This document shows, piece by piece, positions 19,306 to 30,541 of a stretch of 64,000 bases of DNA. The notes under the pieces are model-generated. The model was not told the origin of the DNA. It searched no databases and was given only the letters and a program-made list of their open reading frames with translations. The position numbers and the translations under genes were made by a program. Every line of letters starts with the position of its first letter. Positions within the stretch are counted from its first letter, which is position 1. The DNA is from Candidatus Latescibacterota bacterium (GTDB taxonomy: Bacteria; Latescibacterota; UBA2968). The DNA lies in assembly GCA_965208125.1 (NCBI GenBank), contig OZ242320.1:3904001-3968000 (forward strand), written 5' to 3'.

Positions 19306-20496
19306 ATGATCGTTGTGATTCTGTTGCTATTTGCCAGCAGTTATGTGGAGGCGATAGAGAGGGATGTGCTGGCAGTCCGGCGAGAATACAACGATGTGTC
19401 CGCTGCTGTAGATAGTCTCGTGCGGATGATGCAGGTGGCAGATGCCGAGGTGTTGAAGAAGCTGCCCGAAACGCGTCCCGAGCGCATTTTGCCCGAGGGG
19501 ATGACGGCTGTGATGATTTTTTGGGCAGATGACGAAGCGCGGGTTTGGCTCAATGATTTTCCCGTGGGTGAGACCCGGTTGACACCCGTGGAAGTAACCG
19601 TTCCGGATTTGTATTTTCAAGGACAAAATCGCCTGCGTGTGCGGTGCTGGGATACAGATAGGGTAGAGAGTGGTTTTTTGGGTGGGTTATACCTGAAAGA
19701 TGGTGCTGGCAAGTTGTACCCCATTGTGGTTTCCAATGGGGCCTGGGAGACCTCAGGAGGACGGGCAACGGAAATTACTTATGCCCATCCGATGCCGGAT
19801 ATTCCCGGTGCGCAACCGATTTGGGACGTGCGTATGTTTGGGTTTGTAGATATGGCCATCACATTTGACCGGGGTGCGATTGATCGCGCTGTAGAAACCG
19901 CGTCTGCAAGACCAATGGCTGCGCGGCAACAGGCGATGGATTATCACACCTTTGCCCAACAACTCGCTATTTTGCAGGGTCGGCGAGAAAAATTAAGAGC
20001 AGATTTAGCGCGTCAGGGCGATCTCAGTGTGCCGCTTTACAATTGGGAACGCGCCCGTTCTGCATCGCTGACACTGGGAAAAGCCGCGCCTTTGACTGAA
20101 AAGGTGTCGGCGCCAGTGGCAGAAAATGTGCGGTCTTGGTCGGAGAAGTTACCGGCGGTGCAGCAGCAGTTGATTTATCCAGACCGCCGCGCGTTAAAAG
20201 GAGAAGGTGCTGTAACTGCGGTCGAGGATGATGTGGTTTCCACTGCGAGTGATCGCGGTAGTCGCGAGCAGGCGTATCGCCCTCCTGAAGAGCGCGGTGG
20301 GACGAAAAGTGAAACAAAAACAAAAGATGAGGGAGTCGATGCCCAGGTGCAGCCGCAGAGGATGAGACGCGGTGGTGGGGGTGGGCAATCGAGTCAGGCT
20401 ACGCGATTGGGATTGTTGTTGCCAACGCTGATAGTGGGAATTTATGTGTTATATGTGGCCATACGCTGGCAATCATTAATGGGAGAAAGCGATTGA
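19306..20496 (+). CDS. Exported protein: lectin/jelly-roll-like domain, coiled coil, C-terminal membrane anchor
   Basis: Signal peptide (IVVILLLFASSYVEA); WADDEARVWLN..G.N.L.V..GF.G.L..VSN..W..IPGA.PIW pattern; heptad segment FAQQLAILQGRREKLRADL; C-terminal TM LGLLLPTLIVGIYVLYVAI; start uncertain. Confidence 0.7.
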   Translation: MIVVILLLFASSYVEAIERDVLAVRREYNDVSAAVDSLVRMMQVADAEVLKKLPETRPERILPEGMTAVMIFWADDEARVWLNDFPVGETRLTPVEVTVPDLYFQGQNRLRVRCWDTDRVESGFLGGLYLKDGAGKLYPIVVSNGAWETSGGRATEITYAHPMPDIPGAQPIWDVRMFGFVDMAITFDRGAIDRAVETASARPMAARQQAMDYHTFAQQLAILQGRREKLRADLARQGDLSVPLYNWERARSASLTLGKAAPLTEKVSAPVAENVRSWSEKLPAVQQQLIYPDRRALKGEGAVTAVEDDVVSTASDRGSREQAYRPPEERGGTKSETKTKDEGVDAQVQPQRMRRGGGGGQSSQATRLGLLLPTLIVGIYVLYVAIRWQSLMGESD

Positions 20497-21254
20497 TGTA
20501 CGGATTACACTGGTCTGAATTGTTATCACTGGTTCTTTTTTGGGTGGTGTGTGCGATAGCAGGTGCATTGATTTTAATGCAACGCTTAAGTACTATTTGT
20601 CGTTACGAAAAGCAATTTGGCCTGCCCGAGTCCAATTGGTCTGGTGCTATAATAGGTGGATTGAGCGGTGCTGGCGTGGCGAGTATTGGTATTTATTTTT
20701 ATTTTTTTGCACCAGCAGCCGCGGGTTGGGTCGAGTGGACGGGGCGTTCGGCTTATGTGCTCGTTTTGGGCAGTTCGGCAGCGCATCTGGTCACGTTTAT
20801 TCATTTTTGGCGGCGATGGGGTGCAGAAGGCGCGGAAACAGGTAATTTGACGGCATTGCGCCAGGAGCAGGTGGATAAATTTCGCCAGAGCCGCGAGAAT
20901 TATGCGGACTTAAAAGCTCGCGATGACGAGGCAGTAGATGAGTTACTCGCTGTGTTTGGCGAGCGTTTGTTGTCCGAGCAGCGCGCTTTGAGTCGCATTC
21001 CGTTTTATGGGTATTTGGGTACTGTGTGCGGTATTTTGCTGATGGCCCAAGAGCTGACCAGACTGGATGAAGCGACCGAGACGTTTAAGGTGTTGCGCGA
21101 TATGGCAGGTGGACTGGTGCTGGCATTTCAGACAACGCTCGTCGCCTTGCTTGCCTATTTGCCGCTTCGAAAGGGCTATGATATGTTGCTGAATCGCATG
21201 TCTGATCTGGAACGCAAATGGCTGGATATGCGCGAAGAGGAGAAAAGAGGGTGA
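20493..21254 (+). CDS. MotA/TolQ/ExbB proton-channel family protein
   Basis: IPFYGYLGTVCGI and GLVLAFQTTLVAL match P..G..GTV.G and A..TT..G signatures; three extra N-terminal TMs. Confidence 0.8.
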   Translation: MMYGLHWSELLSLVLFWVVCAIAGALILMQRLSTICRYEKQFGLPESNWSGAIIGGLSGAGVASIGIYFYFFAPAAAGWVEWTGRSAYVLVLGSSAAHLVTFIHFWRRWGAEGAETGNLTALRQEQVDKFRQSRENYADLKARDDEAVDELLAVFGERLLSEQRALSRIPFYGYLGTVCGILLMAQELTRLDEATETFKVLRDMAGGLVLAFQTTLVALLAYLPLRKGYDMLLNRMSDLERKWLDMREEEKRG

Positions 21255-21673
21255 GACGACGTTTTTTACAGCGCGCGGTGGCCGAAGCCGAAGCGCACGA
21301 CGTGAGCAAAGAGTTGTTCCTGGGCATTATGATGTTGATGCTGTGCCTGGGGATTATGATTTTGAATGTGTCACAGCCCGTGTGGCGCGTCTATCACCAC
21401 AATCCCGAACCGGGAGATGTGGTGATTTTATATACTTCCAGAGGTCTGGCGTTTTCAGAAGATGGACGATCTGCAACACGCAGTTTGGGACCGGGCGAGT
21501 TTCGCAAAACAGTAAATGATCTGGTTGCAGAACCCGATCGGCATTTGCATCTGTTTCTGAAGGGGGGCAGCCGAGAGCGTATGGTGAATGACGCGGCTTA
21601 TGCAGATTCTCTTTTGTCTGCTGGCACAGCGGGTCAAAAGGTGCGCCCCGCCGTATATGTGCATCTGTGGTAA
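21251..21673 (+). CDS. ExbD/TolR/MotB-like single-TM partner (atypical)
   Basis: GTG start overlapping upstream TGA; basic N-terminus RRRFLQR, one TM (ELFLGIMMLMLCLGIMILNV), about 90-aa alpha/beta periplasmic domain. Confidence 0.55.
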   Translation: MRRRFLQRAVAEAEAHDVSKELFLGIMMLMLCLGIMILNVSQPVWRVYHHNPEPGDVVILYTSRGLAFSEDGRSATRSLGPGEFRKTVNDLVAEPDRHLHLFLKGGSRERMVNDAAYADSLLSAGTAGQKVRPAVYVHLW

Positions 21674-21699
21674 ATCGCAATATTTCAATATTAAACAAC

Positions 21700-21728
21700 A
21701 ACCCCGGTAGTAGTATCACTGGGGTTTT
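21700..21728 (+). terminator. Putative intrinsic terminator
   Basis: AACCCCGGT-9 nt-ACTGGGGTT followed by T's. Confidence 0.5.
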
Positions 21729-22276
21729 GTGTTTCGTTTATCGCGTTCATCTTTGTATTTCTGCATAAAGTACTCAAAAGAGGTATTCTTACTCGACGCC
21801 GTTTCTCGATCAAATAACTTCATGATCTCCTGCATAAAATCTATTCTTGAGTCGAATCTCTCTGGTATCATACTATCAAACTGTTCTTTTGAAATACGAT
21901 CTGTTTTGTTGAAGCCTTTCCGCATTCTGATTTGACGGCGAGAATCATCATTTAGCCCAGCGAGATACCAACTTTCTATTTCCCGACGCACGATTAAAAT
22001 TCGATCCTCTGATAGCTTCTCAAACTGGGATGTAATCCACTCTTTCTTGGCTGTCACGCAGGGGGAATCGTCCATGTCCGCTACAAAAATGTAATCGGCG
22101 TACGGCATAGAATTGATACTATTCAGGAAACCATTTACCTTTTTTAATTTTTGCTGACTATATTTCCAAAGAGAGACGTGATCACAAATTTGTTTATACA
22201 GGGGGCTGATTACGCGATCAAAGAATCGTTCATCGTCGTCTCCTTCTATGAGAATAAAGAGCCTCCGATACGCCAA
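21716..22276 (-). CDS. DUF4276/TOPRIM-like partner of ABC ATPase
   Basis: LIEGDDD, VADMDDSPC, RREIESWYLAG; TTG start at 22276 after GGAGG; AT-rich. Confidence 0.7.
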   Translation of the reverse strand: MAYRRLFILIEGDDDERFFDRVISPLYKQICDHVSLWKYSQQKLKKVNGFLNSINSMPYADYIFVADMDDSPCVTAKKEWITSQFEKLSEDRILIVRREIESWYLAGLNDDSRRQIRMRKGFNKTDRISKEQFDSMIPERFDSRIDFMQEIMKLFDRETASSKNTSFEYFMQKYKDERDKRNTKPQ

Positions 22277-22277
22277 C

Positions 22278-23543
22278 CTATACCTCCAACAAGTTCTGGA
22301 TAAATAGATCGTCAATACCTATTTCATTTTTCAAGAAAATTTTGATTTCATCACTATCCGCTGGCTTTGTTATCTTGGAAAATCCTTCATCGTCTCTCGT
22401 TATGAGCAAGATATTCTCCAGATCTGCCTGTTTAACCATTTCTGGATTATGAGTTGTTGCCAGTATCTGTTTACTTCTTGATGCCTCCCTGAACATGTCC
22501 ATCACTCTTGAGATTAAGTAAGGATGGACATTCCTTTCAGGTTCTTCTATAATGACTGCCTGTTTCTGTTGGAAGTAGAGCGCGATGATTAAAGCTATAG
22601 TATTGACAGTGCCATCAGAAATCAAAAAAGCTGGTAATCCATCCTCCTCAGCATATTTTTCATGTAGCCTGAAGAATATGGATTTATCTACTGCCTTTTC
22701 TACATTTATATCGTGAATGAATGGCAGGATATCCCGAAATAAATTGAGAAATCTTCGTCTATCTTCTTCCTCCTTCATAATATTGTTAAGCACTATAGCG
22801 AGATTACTACCATCCCTCTCCAATTCTGATAGACCTGTGATGGGTGCAGGTCTCTTAGGTAACTTGGGATCAAAGTCGTAGATGCCGATGTTCCTAAACC
22901 CATCCAAGGCTGATTGTACGTACAGATCAACAATTGGAGACTCTATCAGGAGGGCATTTTCATCATACGGAATGTTCCTGAAAATTGGCGCGCCGTCCAT
23001 AAATAATGCAGGTGCTATGTCAGAGTCTGTTGAATGTATCTTTAATTCTCCACCAAAATTGGAAAATTTGATGCTTAATTTCGCGGAATCATCTCGTTTT
23101 TCTTCCTCATCAATAAATTTTACGTGGGAATAGGTTAAAGTCATTCTATCTTGAGCAATATAATATCCACCCTCTTTTTCATAAAATTGCAAAGAAAATT
23201 CATAATCTACTTTATAGATTGTGATTGGAAGAGATGATCTAGGGGTTCCATCTTCATTACGTCTTACAGACCACCAACACTTAAAATCACCCTGCATAAC
23301 TACGCGAAACGAAAGAGGCTGTGACTGTGCTATCTTTATATTTTGTAGATACTCTACTCCACCCTGAAGTGAGATGGCATTTTCCAATCCGTGATTAACA
23401 ATATCTCTCAAAAATTGGAAGGCTTGAACAAGATTAGATTTTCCCGAAGCATTCGCTCCAACCAGTAAGTTGAAGTCGTTCAAGTGAATAGATAGGTTCT
23501 CGAAACTCTTAAAGTTTGATATTTCAATTTTTGTAATTTTCAT
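22278..23543 (-). CDS. AAA_21/ABC-type ATPase (putative defence)
   Basis: I.NFKSF, GANASGKSN, ISDGT, IIEEPE, TTHNP; AT-rich. Confidence 0.88.
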   Translation of the reverse strand: MKITKIEISNFKSFENLSIHLNDFNLLVGANASGKSNLVQAFQFLRDIVNHGLENAISLQGGVEYLQNIKIAQSQPLSFRVVMQGDFKCWWSVRRNEDGTPRSSLPITIYKVDYEFSLQFYEKEGGYYIAQDRMTLTYSHVKFIDEEEKRDDSAKLSIKFSNFGGELKIHSTDSDIAPALFMDGAPIFRNIPYDENALLIESPIVDLYVQSALDGFRNIGIYDFDPKLPKRPAPITGLSELERDGSNLAIVLNNIMKEEEDRRRFLNLFRDILPFIHDINVEKAVDKSIFFRLHEKYAEEDGLPAFLISDGTVNTIALIIALYFQQKQAVIIEEPERNVHPYLISRVMDMFREASRSKQILATTHNPEMVKQADLENILLITRDDEGFSKITKPADSDEIKIFLKNEIGIDDLFIQNLLEV

Positions 23544-23636
23544 ATTGGCAGCCTTGCAGGAATAGGCTTGATCCCTTTTACCACACGACCTTGTCCCTAT
23601 CTGCGAAAAAGATTTTCACAGCGATATTTCGCTCGC

Positions 23637-24395
23637 CTATTGAAGGGTGCGGGCGAATAGGTCGAGGACCGCGTCCCAGGATTTTTCGGCTGCTTTCTCG
23701 TGGTAGTGCGTTAAACGCTGGGGAAAGAAATAGCCGTGTAGCGCGCCGGGCATAAAGTCAATGCGATGTGGGACGTCACAGCGGGTGAGTTCGGTTTTGT
23801 AGAGTTGTAGGTGTTCTTTGGTTGCGCCGGCATCCTGGTCTGCCCAGCCAAAGTAGCCTTCGGCTCTGAGTTTGGGTATGGCGAGATGGGGCGAGTCCGA
23901 TGCATCGGTGACGAGTTTGCCGCCGTGAATGGAGGCAAAGGCGAGAACCTGGTCGGGATACGCCGCTGCTGCAAAGAGGGCGTGGCGGCCGCCCATGCAG
24001 GTGCCGATAGTGCCGACCCGTTGGGCATCGGCTTGAGGTTCTTCGTTGTCGAGGTGGCGAAGCAATGCGCCCGTGTCCTCAATGACCATGGCATTGGTCG
24101 TGCTGGTGTTGAGGTTCATCGGGTGCAGGGGATCCGTTTTTTCGAGATCGAGATCGCCGCTCATGAATTTTTCGGGGTTGTAAGACGGATTGCCCATGCG
24201 GTAAAATAGTGAAGGGAGGACGGTGTAATATCCCGCGCGAGCAAAACGACGGCACATGTTTTTCAATTCATCGCGAATGCCAAATATGTCAAAGTAGAAG
24301 ATGACAGCGGGATGCGGTCCTTCGCCTTCTGGATGAAAGACACAGGTTGGCATTGTACCGTCTGAAGTTGCAACTTCAATGGTTTTTTCGATCAT
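23637..24395 (-). CDS. Dienelactone hydrolase family protein
   Basis: DIFGIR, GTCMGG nucleophile, HGG, GALHGY. Confidence 0.88.
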   Translation of the reverse strand: MIEKTIEVATSDGTMPTCVFHPEGEGPHPAVIFYFDIFGIRDELKNMCRRFARAGYYTVLPSLFYRMGNPSYNPEKFMSGDLDLEKTDPLHPMNLNTSTTNAMVIEDTGALLRHLDNEEPQADAQRVGTIGTCMGGRHALFAAAAYPDQVLAFASIHGGKLVTDASDSPHLAIPKLRAEGYFGWADQDAGATKEHLQLYKTELTRCDVPHRIDFMPGALHGYFFPQRLTHYHEKAAEKSWDAVLDLFARTLQ

Positions 24396-24458
24396 CGCGT
24401 TTATCCTTAAAGCCACGAGAATACGCACTCGCGGCTTTTGTTTTATATAGCTATTGGA

Positions 24459-24875
24459 TCAACTCGAGATGATGCCACCACCTGGTGGATTGCCTCCACC
24501 TGGAATACCACCCTGTCCGGATAAGCCGCCGGGCATTGTGCCGGGGACGACGATGCGGGAAGATTCCTGGCGGCGGTATTCTTTGGCCTCTTCAACCATT
24601 TGATCAACGGCATCTTTGACCGCCTGGGGAAATTTTTCTATTGCTTCTTGAAGCGAAGCAGCTTCAATGGGTGCTGAGATTGGCAAAGGTCCCATTTGAG
24701 ATATGATTTGTGTGGTGCCGATGTATTGGGTGGGACGACTGATGTCGTCTGTGCCATCGGCGTTGATGGGAATCAGGCGTCGAATTGTGGCGACGCGCAA
24801 ATCGGTGATGGATTCTTCCCGATAGAGGTTTTGTTGATCAACCTGAATCTGATCGAGTGGCAACTGGTCGGCCAT
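24459..24875 (-). CDS. Conserved hypothetical cytoplasmic protein
   Basis: 138 aa; NLYREESITD..TIRRL.P..DG.D; Gly/Pro-rich tail; GGAG RBS. Confidence 0.7.
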   Translation of the reverse strand: MADQLPLDQIQVDQQNLYREESITDLRVATIRRLIPINADGTDDISRPTQYIGTTQIISQMGPLPISAPIEAASLQEAIEKFPQAVKDAVDQMVEEAKEYRRQESSRIVVPGTMPGGLSGQGGIPGGGNPPGGGIISS

Positions 24876-24969
24876 GAGAGTCTCCGCAAAAAAAGGTTAC
24901 GGGTGCGTCCCGTGAGGGACAAAATGAATGTTGGCGTAAATATAGGGCAAGTTGTGCAAATACGCACTT

Positions 24970-26340
24970 TTATTTTACTCTGTTAAGCCCATTGAGCGCG
25001 GCAACGCGATAGGCTTCGGCCATTGTGGGATAGTTAAAGGTGGTGTTGATGAAGTACATGAGCGTATTGGCTTCACCCTCTTGTGCCATAATGGCTTGTC
25101 CGATGTGGATGATTTCAGATGCCTGAGAGCCAAAACAGTGGATGCCCAAAATTTCAAGGGTTTCGCGATTGAAGATAATTTTGAGCATGCCGGTGAGCCT
25201 TCCCGTTAACTGTGCCCGCGCGATATGGCGGAAGTAGGCGTGGCCCACTTCGTAGGGGATTTTTTGGGCTGTCAATTCTTTTTCGGTAAATCCGATAGAA
25301 CTGATTTCGGGAATGGTGTAAATACCTGTGGGGATGTCTTCCACGAGGTGTTGTTCACATTCGCCAAAGATGAGATGGGTGGCGGCAAACCGCCCCTGAT
25401 CGTAAGCCGCACTCGCCAGACTGGGAAAACCGACGACATCGCCAACGGCGTAAATATGGGGTTGGGCGAGTGTTTGGTACGCGTCGTTGATGAGAATGGA
25501 GCCGCGTTCATCGGTCTCGATTCCGATATTTTCCAATCCCATGTTGTCCGAGTTTCCAGTGCGGCCTTGCGCCCAGAGGAGAATATCGCTGACAATTTGT
25601 TTGTTGGATTTCAGGAATACGCGCACTTCTCTGTCATTGGCTTCAACGCGGTCGTATTCTTCGTTGTGGCGAATACGCACCCCGTTTTGGCTGAGATGAT
25701 AACTGAGGGCGTCGATGATTTCGTCATCGAGATAGGAGAGCAATTGGCTGCGGCTGTTGATGAGATTGACTTTTATTTGCAGGCCGCGGAATATGGATGC
25801 GTATTCGCAGCCGATTACCCCCGCGCCGTAAATGGTGATAATGCGCGGCGTTTCATTGAGGTCCAGGATGGAGTCGCTATCGCGAATCCGCGGATGGGAA
25901 GAGTCGATGTCGGGTGGGTAATAGGGACGAGACCCGGTGGCGATAATAAATCCCCGAGCGGTATAGCACTCAGTTCCCCCGTTGAGCAATGCTACTTCGA
26001 CGGTGTGTTCATCGACAAAAGATGCATGCCCCAGAATAATATCGACATCATTGCGTTCGTAATAGCCCGTGCGAAGGTCAACTTGCTGCCCTATGAGAGT
26101 AGCAGTTCGGTCGAGCAAGTCGGGAAAGCTCGTTGTTTGATGTGCATTAATATCGATGATTTGCTGAACATACTGGCGCAATGCTTTGCTCGGTATTGTG
26201 GCTCTGTGCGTGCTGTTGCCGCCCACATTTTTGTAATTGTCGATGACGGCAACGCGCTTGCCTTCCTTGACGGATTTCATTGCGGCGCCTTCTCCGCCGG
26301 GGCCAGTGCCTATCACGATGATGTCGTAGTCGCAGGTCAT
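24970..26340 (-). CDS. sthA: Soluble (Si-specific) pyridine nucleotide transhydrogenase
   Basis: [61 protein letters not shown]. Confidence 0.92.
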   Translation of the reverse strand: MTCDYDIIVIGTGPGGEGAAMKSVKEGKRVAVIDNYKNVGGNSTHRATIPSKALRQYVQQIIDINAHQTTSFPDLLDRTATLIGQQVDLRTGYYERNDVDIILGHASFVDEHTVEVALLNGGTECYTARGFIIATGSRPYYPPDIDSSHPRIRDSDSILDLNETPRIITIYGAGVIGCEYASIFRGLQIKVNLINSRSQLLSYLDDEIIDALSYHLSQNGVRIRHNEEYDRVEANDREVRVFLKSNKQIVSDILLWAQGRTGNSDNMGLENIGIETDERGSILINDAYQTLAQPHIYAVGDVVGFPSLASAAYDQGRFAATHLIFGECEQHLVEDIPTGIYTIPEISSIGFTEKELTAQKIPYEVGHAYFRHIARAQLTGRLTGMLKIIFNRETLEILGIHCFGSQASEIIHIGQAIMAQEGEANTLMYFINTTFNYPTMAEAYRVAALNGLNRVK

Positions 26341-27092
26341 TTTGGATCCAGATATCCCAATTGCACGAGAAAGTCGTCCATCTGCGCGACGGTTTGTTCG
26401 TAGGCTGAGCCGTCGTTGCGGCCGTGGTTGAAAAAGCCGTGTCCTTTGCCTTCGTACGCGCAGAGTTCACAGGTATTGCCCGCTTTGTGCATGGCTTTTG
26501 TGAAGCGTTGGGCCTGTTCAAAAGGGACGGTTGTGTCGTCCGTGCCGTGAAAAATTATGGTTGGCGGCAGGTTGGAACAGACGTGTTGCAAAGGCGAGAT
26601 TTCCCGCGGGTCTCTGGGAAAACGTTCGGCGAGGCGTTTTAGGCCAGCGACATCGACGACGGGATTAAAGAGTACCATGGCATTGGGCCGGGAAGATATC
26701 GCCATATCTTCATCGGGCGCATCCTGGCCGGGAATAGTACCGGTACACGCACCGACATGACCGCCGGCCGACCCGCCACCTGAAGCAATGCGATGGGGGT
26801 CGATGTTGAGTTTATCGGCATGCGCCCGCAGCCAGCGAACGGCTGATTTGCCGTCTTTTACACATTCATAAGGCGAGGTGTTGTGTTTGCTTTTGATGCG
26901 GTATTCAGCCGATGCAGCGAGCATTCCGCGTTTTGCGAGATACTGGCAATGCGGAAAAAACTGTTGCGGATTACCACCTGTCCAGCCACCGCCAAAGAAG
27001 AAGACAATGGCGGCTGTCTGTTCGTCGGTATCGGGTTCAAAGATGTGAATCGCGAGTTCGCCCTGGGGCGTGGTTTTGTATATGCGTTGCAT
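26337..27092 (-). CDS. Alpha/beta hydrolase (HSL-family esterase)
   Basis: FFGGGW, GGSAGGH, HGTDD..VP, HGFFN. Confidence 0.87.
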   Translation of the reverse strand: MQRIYKTTPQGELAIHIFEPDTDEQTAAIVFFFGGGWTGGNPQQFFPHCQYLAKRGMLAASAEYRIKSKHNTSPYECVKDGKSAVRWLRAHADKLNIDPHRIASGGGSAGGHVGACTGTIPGQDAPDEDMAISSRPNAMVLFNPVVDVAGLKRLAERFPRDPREISPLQHVCSNLPPTIIFHGTDDTTVPFEQAQRFTKAMHKAGNTCELCAYEGKGHGFFNHGRNDGSAYEQTVAQMDDFLVQLGYLDPK

Positions 27093-27106
27093 GGCTGGTG
27101 TCCTTT

Positions 27107-28786
<1,680 letters not shown>

Positions 28787-28787
28787 G

Positions 28788-29495
28788 CTATTTCCCCGGG
28801 TTGTCTGATTCCAGACCGCCGAGTAATTTTTCGGCTTCCTCAAGTTGTTGCTTGTCGTTAATTGGCAGCCAAAAATCGGCTTTGATCACTTTAATTTTTC
28901 GCCCATCTGCAATCAGTTTCATCCATACATCGGGCGTTTCGTATTCGCCGCGTTCTGATGGTGCGATTTCCGCAGAAAAGAAATCTCTGTCCATGACCAT
29001 TGCGCCGTTCCAAACCAAATCTGAAATAAACGTCTGGGGCTTTTCGATGGCGTGCATAAGGTACTTATCATTATCTGTTACCAGAACCCCAAAATGTTGA
29101 GGATGTGCCACATGCGAGCCAATTAGAGCCAGGCCCTGCTGTTGGACGAGTTGCTGAAGGCTGCGCGGTCCAAAAATATCATCGCCAACCATTCCCAGCC
29201 ACCGCCCGGTGATTACAGGTGCAGCGACCCGAAAAGCATGGGCGATACCCAATGGTTCTTCCTGAACGAGAAATACAATGCGCCGCCCCCCATACATGCT
29301 AGCTGAAAAGTGCTGGCGAATCGCCTCCTCGTGCGGTCCTCCTACAATGAATACGAGTTCGCTTACCTCGCGCGGCAATTGATCCAGTGCGTGCTCTATA
29401 ACGGGTTTTCCCGCTACCGGCAATAAGTGCTTCGGTCCCTCATAATCCATCGCCATCCGCGTTCCCTTGCCGGCTAACAGCACAACTGCTTGCAT
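28788..29495 (-). CDS. Sugar-phosphate nucleotidyltransferase
   Basis: LAGKGTRM, PKHLLPVAGKP, QEEPLG.A.A, EKP, SERGEYE. Confidence 0.85.
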   Translation of the reverse strand: MQAVVLLAGKGTRMAMDYEGPKHLLPVAGKPVIEHALDQLPREVSELVFIVGGPHEEAIRQHFSASMYGGRRIVFLVQEEPLGIAHAFRVAAPVITGRWLGMVGDDIFGPRSLQQLVQQQGLALIGSHVAHPQHFGVLVTDNDKYLMHAIEKPQTFISDLVWNGAMVMDRDFFSAEIAPSERGEYETPDVWMKLIADGRKIKVIKADFWLPINDKQQLEEAEKLLGGLESDNPGK

Positions 29496-29520
29496 AAAGT
29501 TCTCCCGACTGCTGATGCTC

Positions 29521-30501
29521 TCAATGACTGTCCCGATAGTGTTGCTTGAGAATATCGCTGCCAAAGTCATTGGTCAGGTCGCGCCAGACTGCATGGATGT
29601 GATTGGCTGCGTCCTGGGTGCAGTCGTATTCGGCGAGGAAGGTGGAGCCGAGCACGCGATAGTAGTGGCCTTCGCCGCGATTTATGCCGCCAGCCCAGGC
29701 GAATGCGGCTGTGTCGAGTGAGGTGAGGTTTGCGCGCTGGGCTTCTGCTATTCTGCCGGGTAAGCGGGTGATATATACATCGATGAGCGCGGTGACGACT
29801 TCGCGTTGCGATGCAGTCATGTCCTTGAGTTGCAGACCCTCAATTTGGACTTCTTCATTTACCTGGGGGACATTGCGGGTGAGGATGTCGGCGGGGGCTT
29901 CGTCACTGATGATTGCCACTCTTTTTTGGTCGCCATCCAGAGAGGCGAGTAAGTCGCGGGCAAGGTCTTCCTCTTCTTTTAAGGCGCGCAATCCTTCGTG
30001 TTCGCCATGCCGAACCTGTGCGGGATTTGAGCCGAAGAAGACTGGCGTAGGCGCGACGAGCGTGCCGTTGACAATGGTGTAATTGATCGAGACGTGATGG
30101 CCCTCAAAACGCCAACTCCATGTGGTGTCACTGCCGGGCGTGCCAAAGATGACGAGGTTGTAAAGGTCCGGATCGCGAGGGAACCGCCGTCTGGGACCTT
30201 CTACTTCGGCGAGAATGGGTTCCAGGTTGATGATTGTTCTGGCTTTGGTGCGTGCCTGTTCGCTCAGTCCGGTATCGAGCAGGACAAATGCTTTGTCGCG
30301 CTGATGCGCTTCCATGTCTTTGAGCGCGAGGCCCAATCGGTCGCGGGGGATGTAGTGCCAGTCCTGTCGTGCGTTTTCATCGCCAAAGCCCAGTTGCGCA
30401 GTCGCCGCCTGATCGGGACGCAGAGATGCCAAAAATGATGTGGCAGCATCGGCCATGCGATTGGCCGTATCAATTTGGGTATAAAGTTCTTCGAGGTTCA
30501 T
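29521..30501 (-). CDS. DUF3500 domain protein
   Basis: WHYIP..R.G, FGTP...W.WRFEGHHVS.N, P.FFGSNP, NHIHAVWRD..NDFG. Confidence 0.85.
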   Translation of the reverse strand: MNLEELYTQIDTANRMADAATSFLASLRPDQAATAQLGFGDENARQDWHYIPRDRLGLALKDMEAHQRDKAFVLLDTGLSEQARTKARTIINLEPILAEVEGPRRRFPRDPDLYNLVIFGTPGSDTTWSWRFEGHHVSINYTIVNGTLVAPTPVFFGSNPAQVRHGEHEGLRALKEEEDLARDLLASLDGDQKRVAIISDEAPADILTRNVPQVNEEVQIEGLQLKDMTASQREVVTALIDVYITRLPGRIAEAQRANLTSLDTAAFAWAGGINRGEGHYYRVLGSTFLAEYDCTQDAANHIHAVWRDLTNDFGSDILKQHYRDSH

Positions 30502-30541
30502 GTTCTCAACTCCTTGTAAATGTGAATGATTCAATTGATTA

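Noticed and set aside
19306-23543. Canonical Zorya system
   Set aside because: MotA-like protein lacks the long ZorA tail, partner lacks an OmpA domain, and no ZorC/D/E genes are present
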